64,000 nt of DNA from a virus (Duplodnaviria; Caudoviricetes): positions 1 through 64,000 of the IMG/VR virus record IMGVR_UViG_3300012344_000020. One strand, 5' to 3'. Below are positions 48,221 to 57,131 of the stretch, piece by piece. The translations under genes were made by a program, and so were the position numbers. The stretch's first letter is position 1; each line of letters begins with the position of its first letter. The notes beneath the pieces are model-generated. The model worked only from the letters and a program-made list of their open reading frames with translations, searched no databases and was not told the DNA's origin.

Positions 48221-48790
48221 TTTGCACCCGTTTAGAAGTGCGCACTTTAATTTTTACTTTGCACTTCTGTAAATCGTTGATAATAAAGCATTTCCGTATT
48301 ACGAGCACTTCAAAAGTGCAAAAATGCACCAAAATCCGCTACTATATATATAATTTTTCGACCATTTCTTTTTATCCCCAAAAACAAAAACCCCGAACCT
48401 CAAACGATAAGTGAGTAGCAATCACGGCTATGCCGTAAACTATTGATAATAAAGTATTTACATTGCAGAGAAATAAAGCAGTCAGTGGCGAAAAATCGTG
48501 TAGAATGGTTATATTTCTTTCTTTCTTTTATATTTTTTGTTGCTTTTACGCTCGTATAAAGTAAAAAAACAACTCCTTTTTTGCACTTTTAATAAGTAAG
48601 TAATTGAAAATTCGGGAGTTAGATGGATTTTGAGTATGCACAAACGTAGCTCAAACCATGCACTTGACTTGCACTTTTGAAAGTGAGTTTGCACTTTTGG
48701 AAGATACAAGTTGGAAAATCAAAAATGGAGTTTGCACTTTTGAAAGTGAGTTTGCACTCCTGAAGGCGCAGAAGTGCAAACTTGCATTTC
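48221..48790. repeat. Non-coding array of about 12 TGCAC(TTTT) motifs in both orientations, partly with 20-bp period; candidate second origin
   Basis: GAGTTTGCACTTTTGAAAGT units at 48669-48760. Confidence 0.65.
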
Positions 48791-48797
48791 GGGTGAT

Positions 48798-49703
48798 TTA
48801 GTAGGTCTTTTCCAGTTCGTTGATATAAGGAATAGCCTCCTGGCGGATGATGTCGAGAAGTATTCGAGCTGAGCGTTTGAGCGGCACATCCTTCATCCAG
48901 TGGGCATTGCTCATCAGTTCGTTTTCAAGTCCGATGATAGGCTTCGCCACCAGGGTAGGGTGGTTCTTCAGATAGAGTTTGGACATGAAAGTTACGCTTT
49001 GCGTTTCCTCGACGATGGCAAGATCTTCGTCGGGATCACTCACTATGCACTTCACGTTGAGTTTGGTGAGGTCGTGTTGCAGGTATCGCTGAAAGGTATT
49101 GAACACTCGGTCGCCTACGTCCGGCATAATGACGCTATGTCGGAGGATGTCGCTGTACGACACCTTGGGCAGTCGGGCGAGTGGGTGAGTATTTCGCATC
49201 ACGGCATAGATATGGAATGGTATGCACGGCACTGATTCTATACCCTCATGACCATAGGCGGTATTCATGGTAAAGGCAATGTCGAGCTCGTGATTGCGCA
49301 ATAAGCGGTTCAGACTGGAGGCTTTGGTCAGTTCGGCATTGAGCTGGACATTAGGATAACGCTCCATAAAGATGAGCGCAGCCACACGGATATAGGGAGC
49401 AATGAACGAACCGACACCGATACGCAGTTCGCCTGTCATGCAGTTGTTGAGCGCATGAATATGTTCCTTGCAGTCCTCTGTCTGTTTGATTATCTCTTTG
49501 GCTCGTGGAAGCAAGGCTTCGCCATTCTCGGTGAGTGTGATGTCGTGAGAAGTACGGATGAGCAACTTGCACCCCAGTTCATCCTCCAGGGCTTTGATGT
49601 GTTGGCTGACGGCAGACTGAGTGATGCAACATCGTGTGGCGGCAACAGAGAAAGAAAGATTTTCCGCCACGAAAACAAAAGAACGTAAATGTCGTAGTTC
49701 CAT
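48798..49703 (-). CDS. LysR-family transcriptional regulator
   Basis: MELRHLRSF..SFSVAATRCCITQSAVSQHIKALEDELG. Confidence 0.96.
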   Translation of the reverse strand: MELRHLRSFVFVAENLSFSVAATRCCITQSAVSQHIKALEDELGCKLLIRTSHDITLTENGEALLPRAKEIIKQTEDCKEHIHALNNCMTGELRIGVGSFIAPYIRVAALIFMERYPNVQLNAELTKASSLNRLLRNHELDIAFTMNTAYGHEGIESVPCIPFHIYAVMRNTHPLARLPKVSYSDILRHSVIMPDVGDRVFNTFQRYLQHDLTKLNVKCIVSDPDEDLAIVEETQSVTFMSKLYLKNHPTLVAKPIIGLENELMSNAHWMKDVPLKRSARILLDIIRQEAIPYINELEKTY

Positions 49704-49735
49704 AGTCGTAGTTTTTAGTTGAAAAAATCTAATTG

Positions 49736-49773
49736 CAAAGGTAGATAAACTTTGCTTATCACAAGACGATAAT
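49736..49773 (-). promoter_or_regulatory. LysR gene promoter (-7 TACCTTTG) overlapped by the LysR box TTATC-N7-GATAA
   Basis: CAAAGGTA 49736-49743; palindrome 49757-49773. Confidence 0.6.
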
Positions 49774-49874
49774 CAAAAAGAAATGCTAATAGAAAGATAA
49801 GCGAGCGATGAAGGAACAACGGAAGTCCCCTTGCGGCAGGTGAGTGGCGCAAGGGGACTTGATTATCTCTATAC

Positions 49875-50378
49875 TTACATCATTGCGTGCATGGCTGTAT
49901 AGTCCCATATCTTGGTGCAGTCATCGTCCCCTTGCCAGTCGGCATCGCAGAAATAGAACAGATAGGCTGCACGTATGATTTCCTCGTCCTTCATGTTGGT
50001 GCATAGGTCGGCATACATGGAGTTGAAGGCAACGTATTTGTCCCATCCGTTTACTTTCGGGTGGAACTCCATACCGCGTGTGGCTTCCTCTATCTTTGCC
50101 CGCGTCCAGTGAGGACCGTGCAGGGTAGGCTGTCCCTCCTCGTCAAGTTCGCCATACTCCAGGCGGTTCACGTCGTGGTTGGCAAACTTCTCACTGTAAT
50201 GTCTGTCGTATAGCACGGCATGTTGGTGGCGCATGATACGCCAGTAGACTTCCGGATTATCATTTTTGATAATTTCGAGGTCGCACGACATCTGCTCAAT
50301 GGCAGCGTTCATCTTCTTCTCGGAGGCTACGCCTGTGGCGCGAGCCTGTTCTATCAACTGAATATACTTCATAATCAT
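49875..50378 (-). CDS. Conserved helical phage protein of unknown function
   Basis: GPHWT..NGWDKYVAFNSMYADL..DAD..KIWDY. Confidence 0.8.
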   Translation of the reverse strand: MIMKYIQLIEQARATGVASEKKMNAAIEQMSCDLEIIKNDNPEVYWRIMRHQHAVLYDRHYSEKFANHDVNRLEYGELDEEGQPTLHGPHWTRAKIEEATRGMEFHPKVNGWDKYVAFNSMYADLCTNMKDEEIIRAAYLFYFCDADWQGDDDCTKIWDYTAMHAMM

Positions 50379-50390
50379 TATGTTTTTATT

Positions 50391-50596
50391 GTCATCGAAT
50401 GACACAAATGAAACGAATGATTAAACATCAAAAGAAACGAAAGAAACAAAAGTTTTACGTTGCATTTTCAATATCAAAGGAAACGGTATTGGCGCAAAAA
50501 GATTTGTTTCATTCGTGTCATTTGATGACATATTTTTTGTTTCTTTTGATATTCCGTTACTTCCGATGTTCGCGTTATTAGTCTCATTCGATGATG
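50391..50596. repeat. 9-bp arm cluster A, D, A', D', C'
   Basis: A 50391, D 50424, A' 50503. Confidence 0.88.
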
Positions 50597-50603
50597 TCTT
50601 TTG

Positions 50604-50738
50604 TCAACAATTCGGGCATACGCCCTTAAACTTTGGTATCACCGGCACCGAGGTAGCGAAATTCGTAGGCCGATGAAAGTTGGAAGAAAGTTTATCCAAC
50701 TTTCTTTCTTCTTTCTTCTTTGTCTTTTTCTCCTCCAT
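50604..50738 (-). CDS. 44 aa basic peptide ending CPNC
   Basis: MEEKKTKKKEERK..PKFKGVCPNC; overlaps the upstream gene; not in the ORF track. Confidence 0.55.
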   Translation of the reverse strand: MEEKKTKKKEERKLDKLSSNFHRPTNFATSVPVIPKFKGVCPNC

Positions 50739-51003
50739 ACAATATAGTGAATTTTCGTTGAAGATACAACAATAACAATCCAAACCAATTAGACAAGTAA
50801 GCCATCAGTATGGCAAGGAATACCGCAGTGATGATGTCGGCACCCATATACAATATGCCTGCCATTGCCGACCAGAACGTAAGGCACTGGCTGCATGACA
50901 GCACCTTATCCACCACCTCGGCAATGGCATGCGCCAGTCCGAGATGATGAATGAGATTGACCGATACCATCAAGACAAGACTTGTCAATACAAGCATGAT
51001 CAT
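50692..51003 (-). CDS. Membrane protein with a CxxC motif (DUF1360-like)
   Basis: VLSCSQCLTFWS between TM helices. Confidence 0.7.
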   Translation of the reverse strand: MIMLVLTSLVLMVSVNLIHHLGLAHAIAEVVDKVLSCSQCLTFWSAMAGILYMGADIITAVFLAILMAYLSNWFGLLLLYLQRKFTILYGGEKDKEERRKKVG

Positions 51004-51434
51004 GCCGTGGCGATGGTTAGGGTGAGAGGCACGTCCGACACAAATGTCTTGCTGCATGAGCAGCAAGCAATGCGTGCGATGCCGTTCTGCACGGTGCCGA
51101 TGGAAGGTGTAACACTACTGATGGCGGTTGCACTGAATACAGGAATAGTAAAATCCTGGCTCACCACCTGCGAGCGCGTGCAACACGTTCCGCAGTTGCA
51201 AGGCACATAGTTGATGACACCTTCCACATGAAGCACCACCAAGTATTGCGATGTGCCAACGTTTGCAATGCTCTTCACCGAGAATGCAGGAGCGAACACG
51301 GGCGTTTCGTCCACACAAGCGGGAGTGCAGAGCTGTTGGGTGATGTTCACGTCGTAATAAGGAGCAGTGGCAGTTGCGCCCACTGCAAGTGTGGCTGTAA
51401 TGTTAGCCGGAATAGAACGTTTGTTCATAGTCAT
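51000..51434 (-). CDS. Cys-rich beta-sandwich-like protein
   Basis: LCTPAC, PCNCGTCC, ACCSC. Confidence 0.8.
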   Translation of the reverse strand: MTMNKRSIPANITATLAVGATATAPYYDVNITQQLCTPACVDETPVFAPAFSVKSIANVGTSQYLVVLHVEGVINYVPCNCGTCCTRSQVVSQDFTIPVFSATAISSVTPSIGTVQNGIARIACCSCSKTFVSDVPLTLTIATA

Positions 51435-51500
51435 TGTTTTCTGTTTTATTATAGCGACGAAACGTAGCCGCCGCATGTGTTGATAACTCTGTTGATAACT

Positions 51501-51923
51501 CTATCTCTTCACCTGGTAATGCTCCGCATTTTCCACAGGAAGATTCTTTTGCAGCAGGTCGGCCAATTCGTCGAGGTCTTCCTCGTCAAACGTGATTACG
51601 CCTTCAAGGATAGATAGCGGACCATTATAGCGCACCTTCTCCACAATGTCGTGAGCCATCTGCGGGATGCTCTCATCAGGTATCTGTCCGAAATACTTAG
51701 CCAGCATCGGAGTAACCAGCGAATTGACCACCGGCTGAATAAGCGGTTCAATATCCTTCTGGAGATTGTATGTTCCGCTTACAAGTCCCATTGAGCCGAT
51801 GGTGGCTTGCAATGACTGGAGCATAGGCAGACGCATGATGTTGCCGGCGGCAATCTGCGAAATGGCAGGTCGTGCCCATTCCGACACGACCGCTGCCAAG
51901 ATTTGTGAGTTGGAATATTCCAT
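51501..51923 (-). CDS. Helical hypothetical protein
   Basis: 140 aa. Confidence 0.8.
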   Translation of the reverse strand: MEYSNSQILAAVVSEWARPAISQIAAGNIMRLPMLQSLQATIGSMGLVSGTYNLQKDIEPLIQPVVNSLVTPMLAKYFGQIPDESIPQMAHDIVEKVRYNGPLSILEGVITFDEEDLDELADLLQKNLPVENAEHYQVKR

Positions 51924-51936
51924 ACCTTACAAGTGT

Positions 51937-52446
51937 TTATGCGTTGCAACCGCAACCGCACCCAGTCTGACACACATTCGATGAAGGCACAAAGAGTTTG
52001 GTGACGCTCGACAGCGAAGCCACCTGCGACTTCAGCACGTCGATATTTGCATTGGCGGCTGCATTGTAAGCCATCTGCTGTGCGTTGATAGCCTGCTGTG
52101 CATCCTTGTTGGCGTTCACCTTGTCTTCAAGGCGGTTCACCTTACCGTCAATGTACTGCGTTACTTCCACGAGTTTCTTGTCGGTGTAGTTCTCACTCTT
52201 CTGAATGGCAAGTTCCGTCTTGAGCGTAGAGTTTTCCTGAATAAGATTAGTCTCACTCTTTGTTACGAACCTTGCGTCAGGGTCATTCGGGTTGGCAGTC
52301 ATCTGTCTGCCACCACCAAGACCGCCGAGCAATGCGCCACCACCGAGAAGGCTGGTAGCCAATCCTGCGATACCGAGACCGAGAGCCGTATTGCCCAGTC
52401 CCTTGCTGGCAACATCATAGTCGCCGTTTTGTGTTTTAATCTGCAT
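51937..52446 (-). CDS. Glycine-zipper/coiled-coil protein ending CQTGCGCGCNA
   Basis: GLGNTALGLGIAGLATSLLGGG; Gln/Asn/Ala coil. Confidence 0.85.
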   Translation of the reverse strand: MQIKTQNGDYDVASKGLGNTALGLGIAGLATSLLGGGALLGGLGGGRQMTANPNDPDARFVTKSETNLIQENSTLKTELAIQKSENYTDKKLVEVTQYIDGKVNRLEDKVNANKDAQQAINAQQMAYNAAANANIDVLKSQVASLSSVTKLFVPSSNVCQTGCGCGCNA

Positions 52447-52488
52447 AGTTGTTTGTGTTGTTGATTTCGTTCAATATTGAACTTGTGG

Positions 52489-52496
52489 CAAAGGTA
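52489..52496 (-). promoter_or_regulatory. -7 box (TACCTTTG) of the Cys-rich cassette promoter
   Basis: CAAAGGTA about 43 nt upstream of the first gene; no canonical -33. Confidence 0.5.
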
Positions 52497-52685
52497 TATA
52501 TATAAAGGTAGGAGTGAAAGGAGCGGTGATGAATAAAACTTATGGGAGTATCACAGATAAAATGATGCTAATAGAAGTATAAATGTTAAATAAATCTTTG
52601 ACCGACAAAGTTTATGGTATATAATTTTGAAATATCAAATATATATTTTAATTTTGTACCCAATTAAACTTTGAGTGTCAAAGAT

Positions 52686-53759
52686 ATGTTTGAAGAGCAA
52701 TGTTCCATATACGCCGACGCCCTCGACAACGTAGGTCGATATGTAGACCAGGAGACGGGCGAGTGCATACAGCAGATGTCTATCCGTGATTTTTGCCTTA
52801 CGGACAGATGGCGGCCGTATGTAGAGCACTTGCGTGCCTTGCGTCAGGAATATGGAGCCAAGGCAAAGAAGATGCCGGAGTATATCGACACCAAGAAGAA
52901 ACTGCCCGGTGCCACACTGAGCGGGCTCTTTGAGATACGCAATGACGAGTGTACACGCAGGGACGGCAGCAAGTTTATTGCGCCCGTGTCGCGTCGTGAG
53001 ACCCATCTGAAGCAGCACACCGGTTGGCTGGCCATCGACATCGACCTGGCGGACAATGCCCATCTGTCCAACTTCAACAATGTGCAGATGCTGGTGCGTT
53101 TCCGTCCTGAGATAGCCTTGTTGATGCGCTCATGTTCAGGCACTGGCTTCTTCGGACTTGTGCGCCTTGCCTATCCCGACCGCCACAAGGAGCAGTTCAA
53201 GGCATTACTCAAGGAGTATGCAGCCTTTGGCATCATGCTCGACAAGCAATGCGGCAATATCGGTCGTGTGCGCTTTGCCTCGTGGGACGATCCGCAGCAT
53301 ATATATATAAATGAGAAGGCAATAGCTTATAAAGGTTTGGAGCAAGATGTCCCGCAACTCGTTCCACAACCGCAGCAACATTATGCACAGATACCTGCAA
53401 GCCATTATTCGCAATCGGCTGACCATTCAGCCTTCTGGCAGAACCAGCGCGTGCAAGACCGCCTTGTGGAGCTTTGCGTACAAGCGATGGTGCAGCGTGG
53501 CGTGAACATCACGGAAGATTATGACGATTGGGTGAAGGCAGGTTGGGCACTAAAGGGGCATCCCTATGGCGAACAGCTTTTTCACAGTCTGTCGTCAATG
53601 AGCAGGAAGTATAACGCTGCCAACACCGCCCATAAGTGGCAACAGCTCGGACAGAGCAACACCGTGAGTGGCAACTATATCATCCATGCCTGCAAGGAGA
53701 CGCTTGGAGAAATGGAATACAGTCAAATAAGAAGAAAGGTTTGGGAGGAAATGAAATGA
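52686..53759 (+). CDS. BT4734/VirE-N-like domain plus PriCT-2 primase C-terminal domain protein
   Basis: KKKLPGATLSG, AIDIDLADN, RSCSGTG; YDDWVKAGWAL..SSMSRKY. Confidence 0.8.
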   Translation: MFEEQCSIYADALDNVGRYVDQETGECIQQMSIRDFCLTDRWRPYVEHLRALRQEYGAKAKKMPEYIDTKKKLPGATLSGLFEIRNDECTRRDGSKFIAPVSRRETHLKQHTGWLAIDIDLADNAHLSNFNNVQMLVRFRPEIALLMRSCSGTGFFGLVRLAYPDRHKEQFKALLKEYAAFGIMLDKQCGNIGRVRFASWDDPQHIYINEKAIAYKGLEQDVPQLVPQPQQHYAQIPASHYSQSADHSAFWQNQRVQDRLVELCVQAMVQRGVNITEDYDDWVKAGWALKGHPYGEQLFHSLSSMSRKYNAANTAHKWQQLGQSNTVSGNYIIHACKETLGEMEYSQIRRKVWEEMK

Positions 53760-54526
53760 TAGAACTGAATAAAATATATAATGAGGATTGCTTGGAAGGT
53801 ATGCAACGCATACCTGATGGGAGTGTGGATTGTATTATTTGCGATTTGCCCTACGGAGTGCTTAATAAAAACAACGAAAATGTCAGTTGGGATAGTATTC
53901 TTCCTCTTGAAGAATTATGGAAGTATTATTTGAGAATAGCAAAAACAAATTCGGCTTTCATTTTATTTGGGCAGGGAATGTTTACTTGTCAATTAATGAT
54001 GAGCAAACCAGAAATATGGAGGTATAACCTTATTTGGAATAAGCAAAGAACAACAGGATTTCTTAATGCAAAAAGACAACCATTAAGACAAACAGAAGTA
54101 ATATCTGTATTCTATCGTGAACAGCCAGTTTACAATCCTCAAATGCGAAAATGTGCTGTGCATGAGCGAAATCATAGTCGCGGAAAGCAGGAAGGACTTT
54201 CTACAAATAGATGTTATGGTAATTACGGAAAGGCAAGAGATATTGTTTCCGATGAAAAATATCCAACCGATTTAATCTCATTTCAGAGAAATGTACACAC
54301 AGGGGTTCATCCTACCCAAAAGCCGGTAGACCTTGTTCGTTATCTTGTGCGTTCCTATACTAATGAGGGAGATATTGTCCTCGACAACTGCATGGGCAGT
54401 GGCACCACAGCCATCGCCTGCATCAAAGAGAAGCGCAACTTCATCGGTTTTGAGTTAAACAAAGAATATTACGACATGGCTTGCAAACGAATAGATAATG
54501 AATTAAGACAACCCACTTTATTTTAA
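53756..54526 (+). CDS. N4/N6 DNA methyltransferase (beta class), intact
   Basis: CDLPYG, HPTQKP, DNCMGSGTT. Confidence 0.92.
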   Translation: MIELNKIYNEDCLEGMQRIPDGSVDCIICDLPYGVLNKNNENVSWDSILPLEELWKYYLRIAKTNSAFILFGQGMFTCQLMMSKPEIWRYNLIWNKQRTTGFLNAKRQPLRQTEVISVFYREQPVYNPQMRKCAVHERNHSRGKQEGLSTNRCYGNYGKARDIVSDEKYPTDLISFQRNVHTGVHPTQKPVDLVRYLVRSYTNEGDIVLDNCMGSGTTAIACIKEKRNFIGFELNKEYYDMACKRIDNELRQPTLF

Positions 54527-54531
54527 TATAT

Positions 54532-55053
54532 ATGCGACTAATCACCATAACAGGCCCCAGCGGTGCGGGCAAAGACACCGTGGCACGGATGCTGTCGGAA
54601 ATGACCGACTGGCCCGTGATATGTTCCTACACCACGCGCCCAATGCGCGAAGGTGAGCAGGAAGGCAGAGAGCACCATTTCGTAAAGGAGTGCAATGTAC
54701 CCCACTCGGATATGATGGCATACACTCAGTATGGCGGATATGAGTATTGGACTACGAAAGAGCAAATCGCGGGTACTGCCATTTATGTGATAGACGAGGA
54801 GGGACTGCGCAACCTGTACAGTCATTGTCCCGATATGCCGACGATACATCTTTATTTGGATGTAACTGAGGGTGTGCGCCGTGCAAGAGGCGTTTCAGAG
54901 GAGCGCATCGCACGCGACAAACGCAGACAGTTGCTTCCCGAAAAATTCTATCAGTACTTCATTCACAATATGGATAACAAGGAAATATTGAGATTAAAGG
55001 TACGAAAGTTTTACGATTGGTTAGGCATCCGATGCCGTGATTTATTCAGATAA
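54532..55053 (+). CDS. gmk: Guanylate kinase-like NMP kinase
   Basis: GPSGAGKDT, SYTTRPMREGE, YGGYEY. Confidence 0.88.
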   Translation: MRLITITGPSGAGKDTVARMLSEMTDWPVICSYTTRPMREGEQEGREHHFVKECNVPHSDMMAYTQYGGYEYWTTKEQIAGTAIYVIDEEGLRNLYSHCPDMPTIHLYLDVTEGVRRARGVSEERIARDKRRQLLPEKFYQYFIHNMDNKEILRLKVRKFYDWLGIRCRDLFR

Positions 55054-55136
55054 CATCCATAAGGCAAGCGTCAAACAAGATGTACAACATCAGTACAACG
55101 TGAGTACAGGATAAACGGTTATCCGTAAAAGAGAGA

Positions 55137-55499
55137 ATGAATATGGCAAAAGTACGACCGGCATCGCCCTTCGCTTCCATTTCCGGCAAGCTCAGCAAGA
55201 GAGACAAATCGTATCTGCGCACCAACAAGCATACGGGTAGGGTGTCGGTCTGCTATGTGGACAATCCGCATCAAGGTCCCTGGAGCGAGAAGCAGACCGA
55301 CCATCGCAAGGCTTTCGCTCTGCGCAGCAAGACTGCCTCGCAATGGCTGAAGGACAACGATCCGAAGCGCAACGGAGGCAATGCCACAAAGCAATATAAA
55401 GCCATGCTTCGCAAATACAATGCGCAGCACAACATCGGCAATATCTTTGCTTTTGTGGCTAAACATTATAAGGATGGAGCAATTCAATCTTTTATATAA
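55137..55499 (+). CDS. Basic hypothetical protein
   Basis: 120 aa. Confidence 0.7.
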   Translation: MNMAKVRPASPFASISGKLSKRDKSYLRTNKHTGRVSVCYVDNPHQGPWSEKQTDHRKAFALRSKTASQWLKDNDPKRNGGNATKQYKAMLRKYNAQHNIGNIFAFVAKHYKDGAIQSFI

Positions 55500-55545
55500 T
55501 ATATGTTCTACACCCTAAACAACAAACTAAGATACACATCAGAAT

Positions 55546-56445
55546 ATGAAGTTTACAGACCCAACAGTGGAATGGTGGCAGCAAGAAACCATCGCACAGC
55601 ATATTGCCCGAGTAGGACGGATATGCTACAAGAGCGAGGGTAAGCAGCCCGATCCCGAATTAAGTGAGGAAGAAGCTAAAGCCTTCATACAGAAACGCGA
55701 CGAGGAGCGCAGCAAAGGTTTCTGGGACAGCGGGCATTGCTCCATGTACCGACATGGCACCTGCTATTTCTTCGTGCCCAACGAGAAGATGCTGCACACC
55801 GTATATGCGTGGTCGCTTATGGTGGCATCGCCCTATATATCATACGAGGTGAAGGGTAATAAGGTATGGATAAGCACCAATATGCAGTTTCTTTGCGAGC
55901 AAGGGCAACTGATGCAGATGCTGTCGCCCTATGGCGTGAGCGAGGAAGAGTATATCAAGAAGGCGATGAAGTGCAAGTGCAATGAAGCCTTGTGGCTCCT
56001 GCGCATGACCTTTGTCGTAACCACACAGATAAGCACATCGCGCGAGCTGAACCGCACATCGCCCAATGCCATTGCCGAACAGAGCACACGCTACTGCAAC
56101 CTGGAGAAGAAAGGTGGCGTGCAGGTGTGCGAACCAAGATGGTATGCAGCCGGCACACGCTGGCAAAGGTTCCTTTACAGGACGGCTTGCTCCATCGGCT
56201 CGTGGTTATACAACCGACTGCTGAAGTCTGGCTTGAAACCGCAGGACGCACGCGGCATCCTTCCGCTCGACACCTATACCGTGGTGGCTTACACATACAG
56301 TATCAAGGAATGGAAGAACATCATTGATTTGCGCTGGCACGAAACGACAGGCAAGGCGCATCCTAATGCCAAGTATGTGGTGGGCGACATCCGTAATATC
56401 ATCAATAAAAGGATGAAAGAGTATATTCCCGATTTTGATATATAA
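55546..56445 (+). CDS. thyX: Flavin-dependent thymidylate synthase (divergent motif)
   Basis: VGRICYKSE, GHCS, ELNRTS..EQSTRYCN, DARGILP, AHPN. Confidence 0.88.
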   Translation: MKFTDPTVEWWQQETIAQHIARVGRICYKSEGKQPDPELSEEEAKAFIQKRDEERSKGFWDSGHCSMYRHGTCYFFVPNEKMLHTVYAWSLMVASPYISYEVKGNKVWISTNMQFLCEQGQLMQMLSPYGVSEEEYIKKAMKCKCNEALWLLRMTFVVTTQISTSRELNRTSPNAIAEQSTRYCNLEKKGGVQVCEPRWYAAGTRWQRFLYRTACSIGSWLYNRLLKSGLKPQDARGILPLDTYTVVAYTYSIKEWKNIIDLRWHETTGKAHPNAKYVVGDIRNIINKRMKEYIPDFDI

Positions 56446-56484
56446 ACCAAAAAGTTGAACAAAACGCAAATTATTTGCTTTAAA

Positions 56485-56931
56485 ATGAAAATGCTATTCA
56501 AGAAAACCAACGAGAATGCACAGATACCATTCAAGGCAGACGGTCACGAGGCTGATTTTTGTTATGATTGTGTTGCAGTGAGTGAGGAGGAGATTGCTCC
56601 TAACGTGTGGAAATATGGTCTTGGCTTTGCGCTCCAGCCAGTGAACGATTTTGACGGACACAATATCCGTGGAATAAATGTGCGTCCTCGCTCGTCGATA
56701 TGGAAAACGGGTATGGTGCTTTCCAATTCTACGGGTACTGTTGATGAGATTTATACAGGCGAGATTTCCGCCGTGTTCTATCATGTCATGCCCAATATGC
56801 CACGCTATAAGGTTGGCGACAAAATTTGTCAGCTTTGTTTGGAGCGTACCGAGGCTTTGGAGTTTGTGGAAGTCAAAGAACTTCGCAAGACTGCGCGAGG
56901 TGAGAACGGATATGGCTCATCAGGCAAATAA
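56485..56931 (+). CDS. dut: Trimeric dUTPase
   Basis: RPRSS, GTVDEIYTGEI, RGENGYGSSG. Confidence 0.92.
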   Translation: MKMLFKKTNENAQIPFKADGHEADFCYDCVAVSEEEIAPNVWKYGLGFALQPVNDFDGHNIRGINVRPRSSIWKTGMVLSNSTGTVDEIYTGEISAVFYHVMPNMPRYKVGDKICQLCLERTEALEFVEVKELRKTARGENGYGSSGK

Positions 56932-57131
56932 TAGTCTATGCCGCGCCGTATCAACAAGGACTGCCCGTTCACGGCAGAAGAGATAGACGAGTTTCACGCT
57001 ATGCTTTATAGCGTGAACACGTCGTTTCATTGTGCAAATCCGGCTCCTGTGAGTTGGCTGAAAGGCTATCAGAATTACAGCAGCCGAATTGCAATTAATA
57101 ACGATTATGATAAATAAACGATTTCACGACC

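Noticed and set aside
52489-52525. Seventh TGTCC late promoter
   Set aside because: The position 22 nt upstream reads AGGAG, not GGACA
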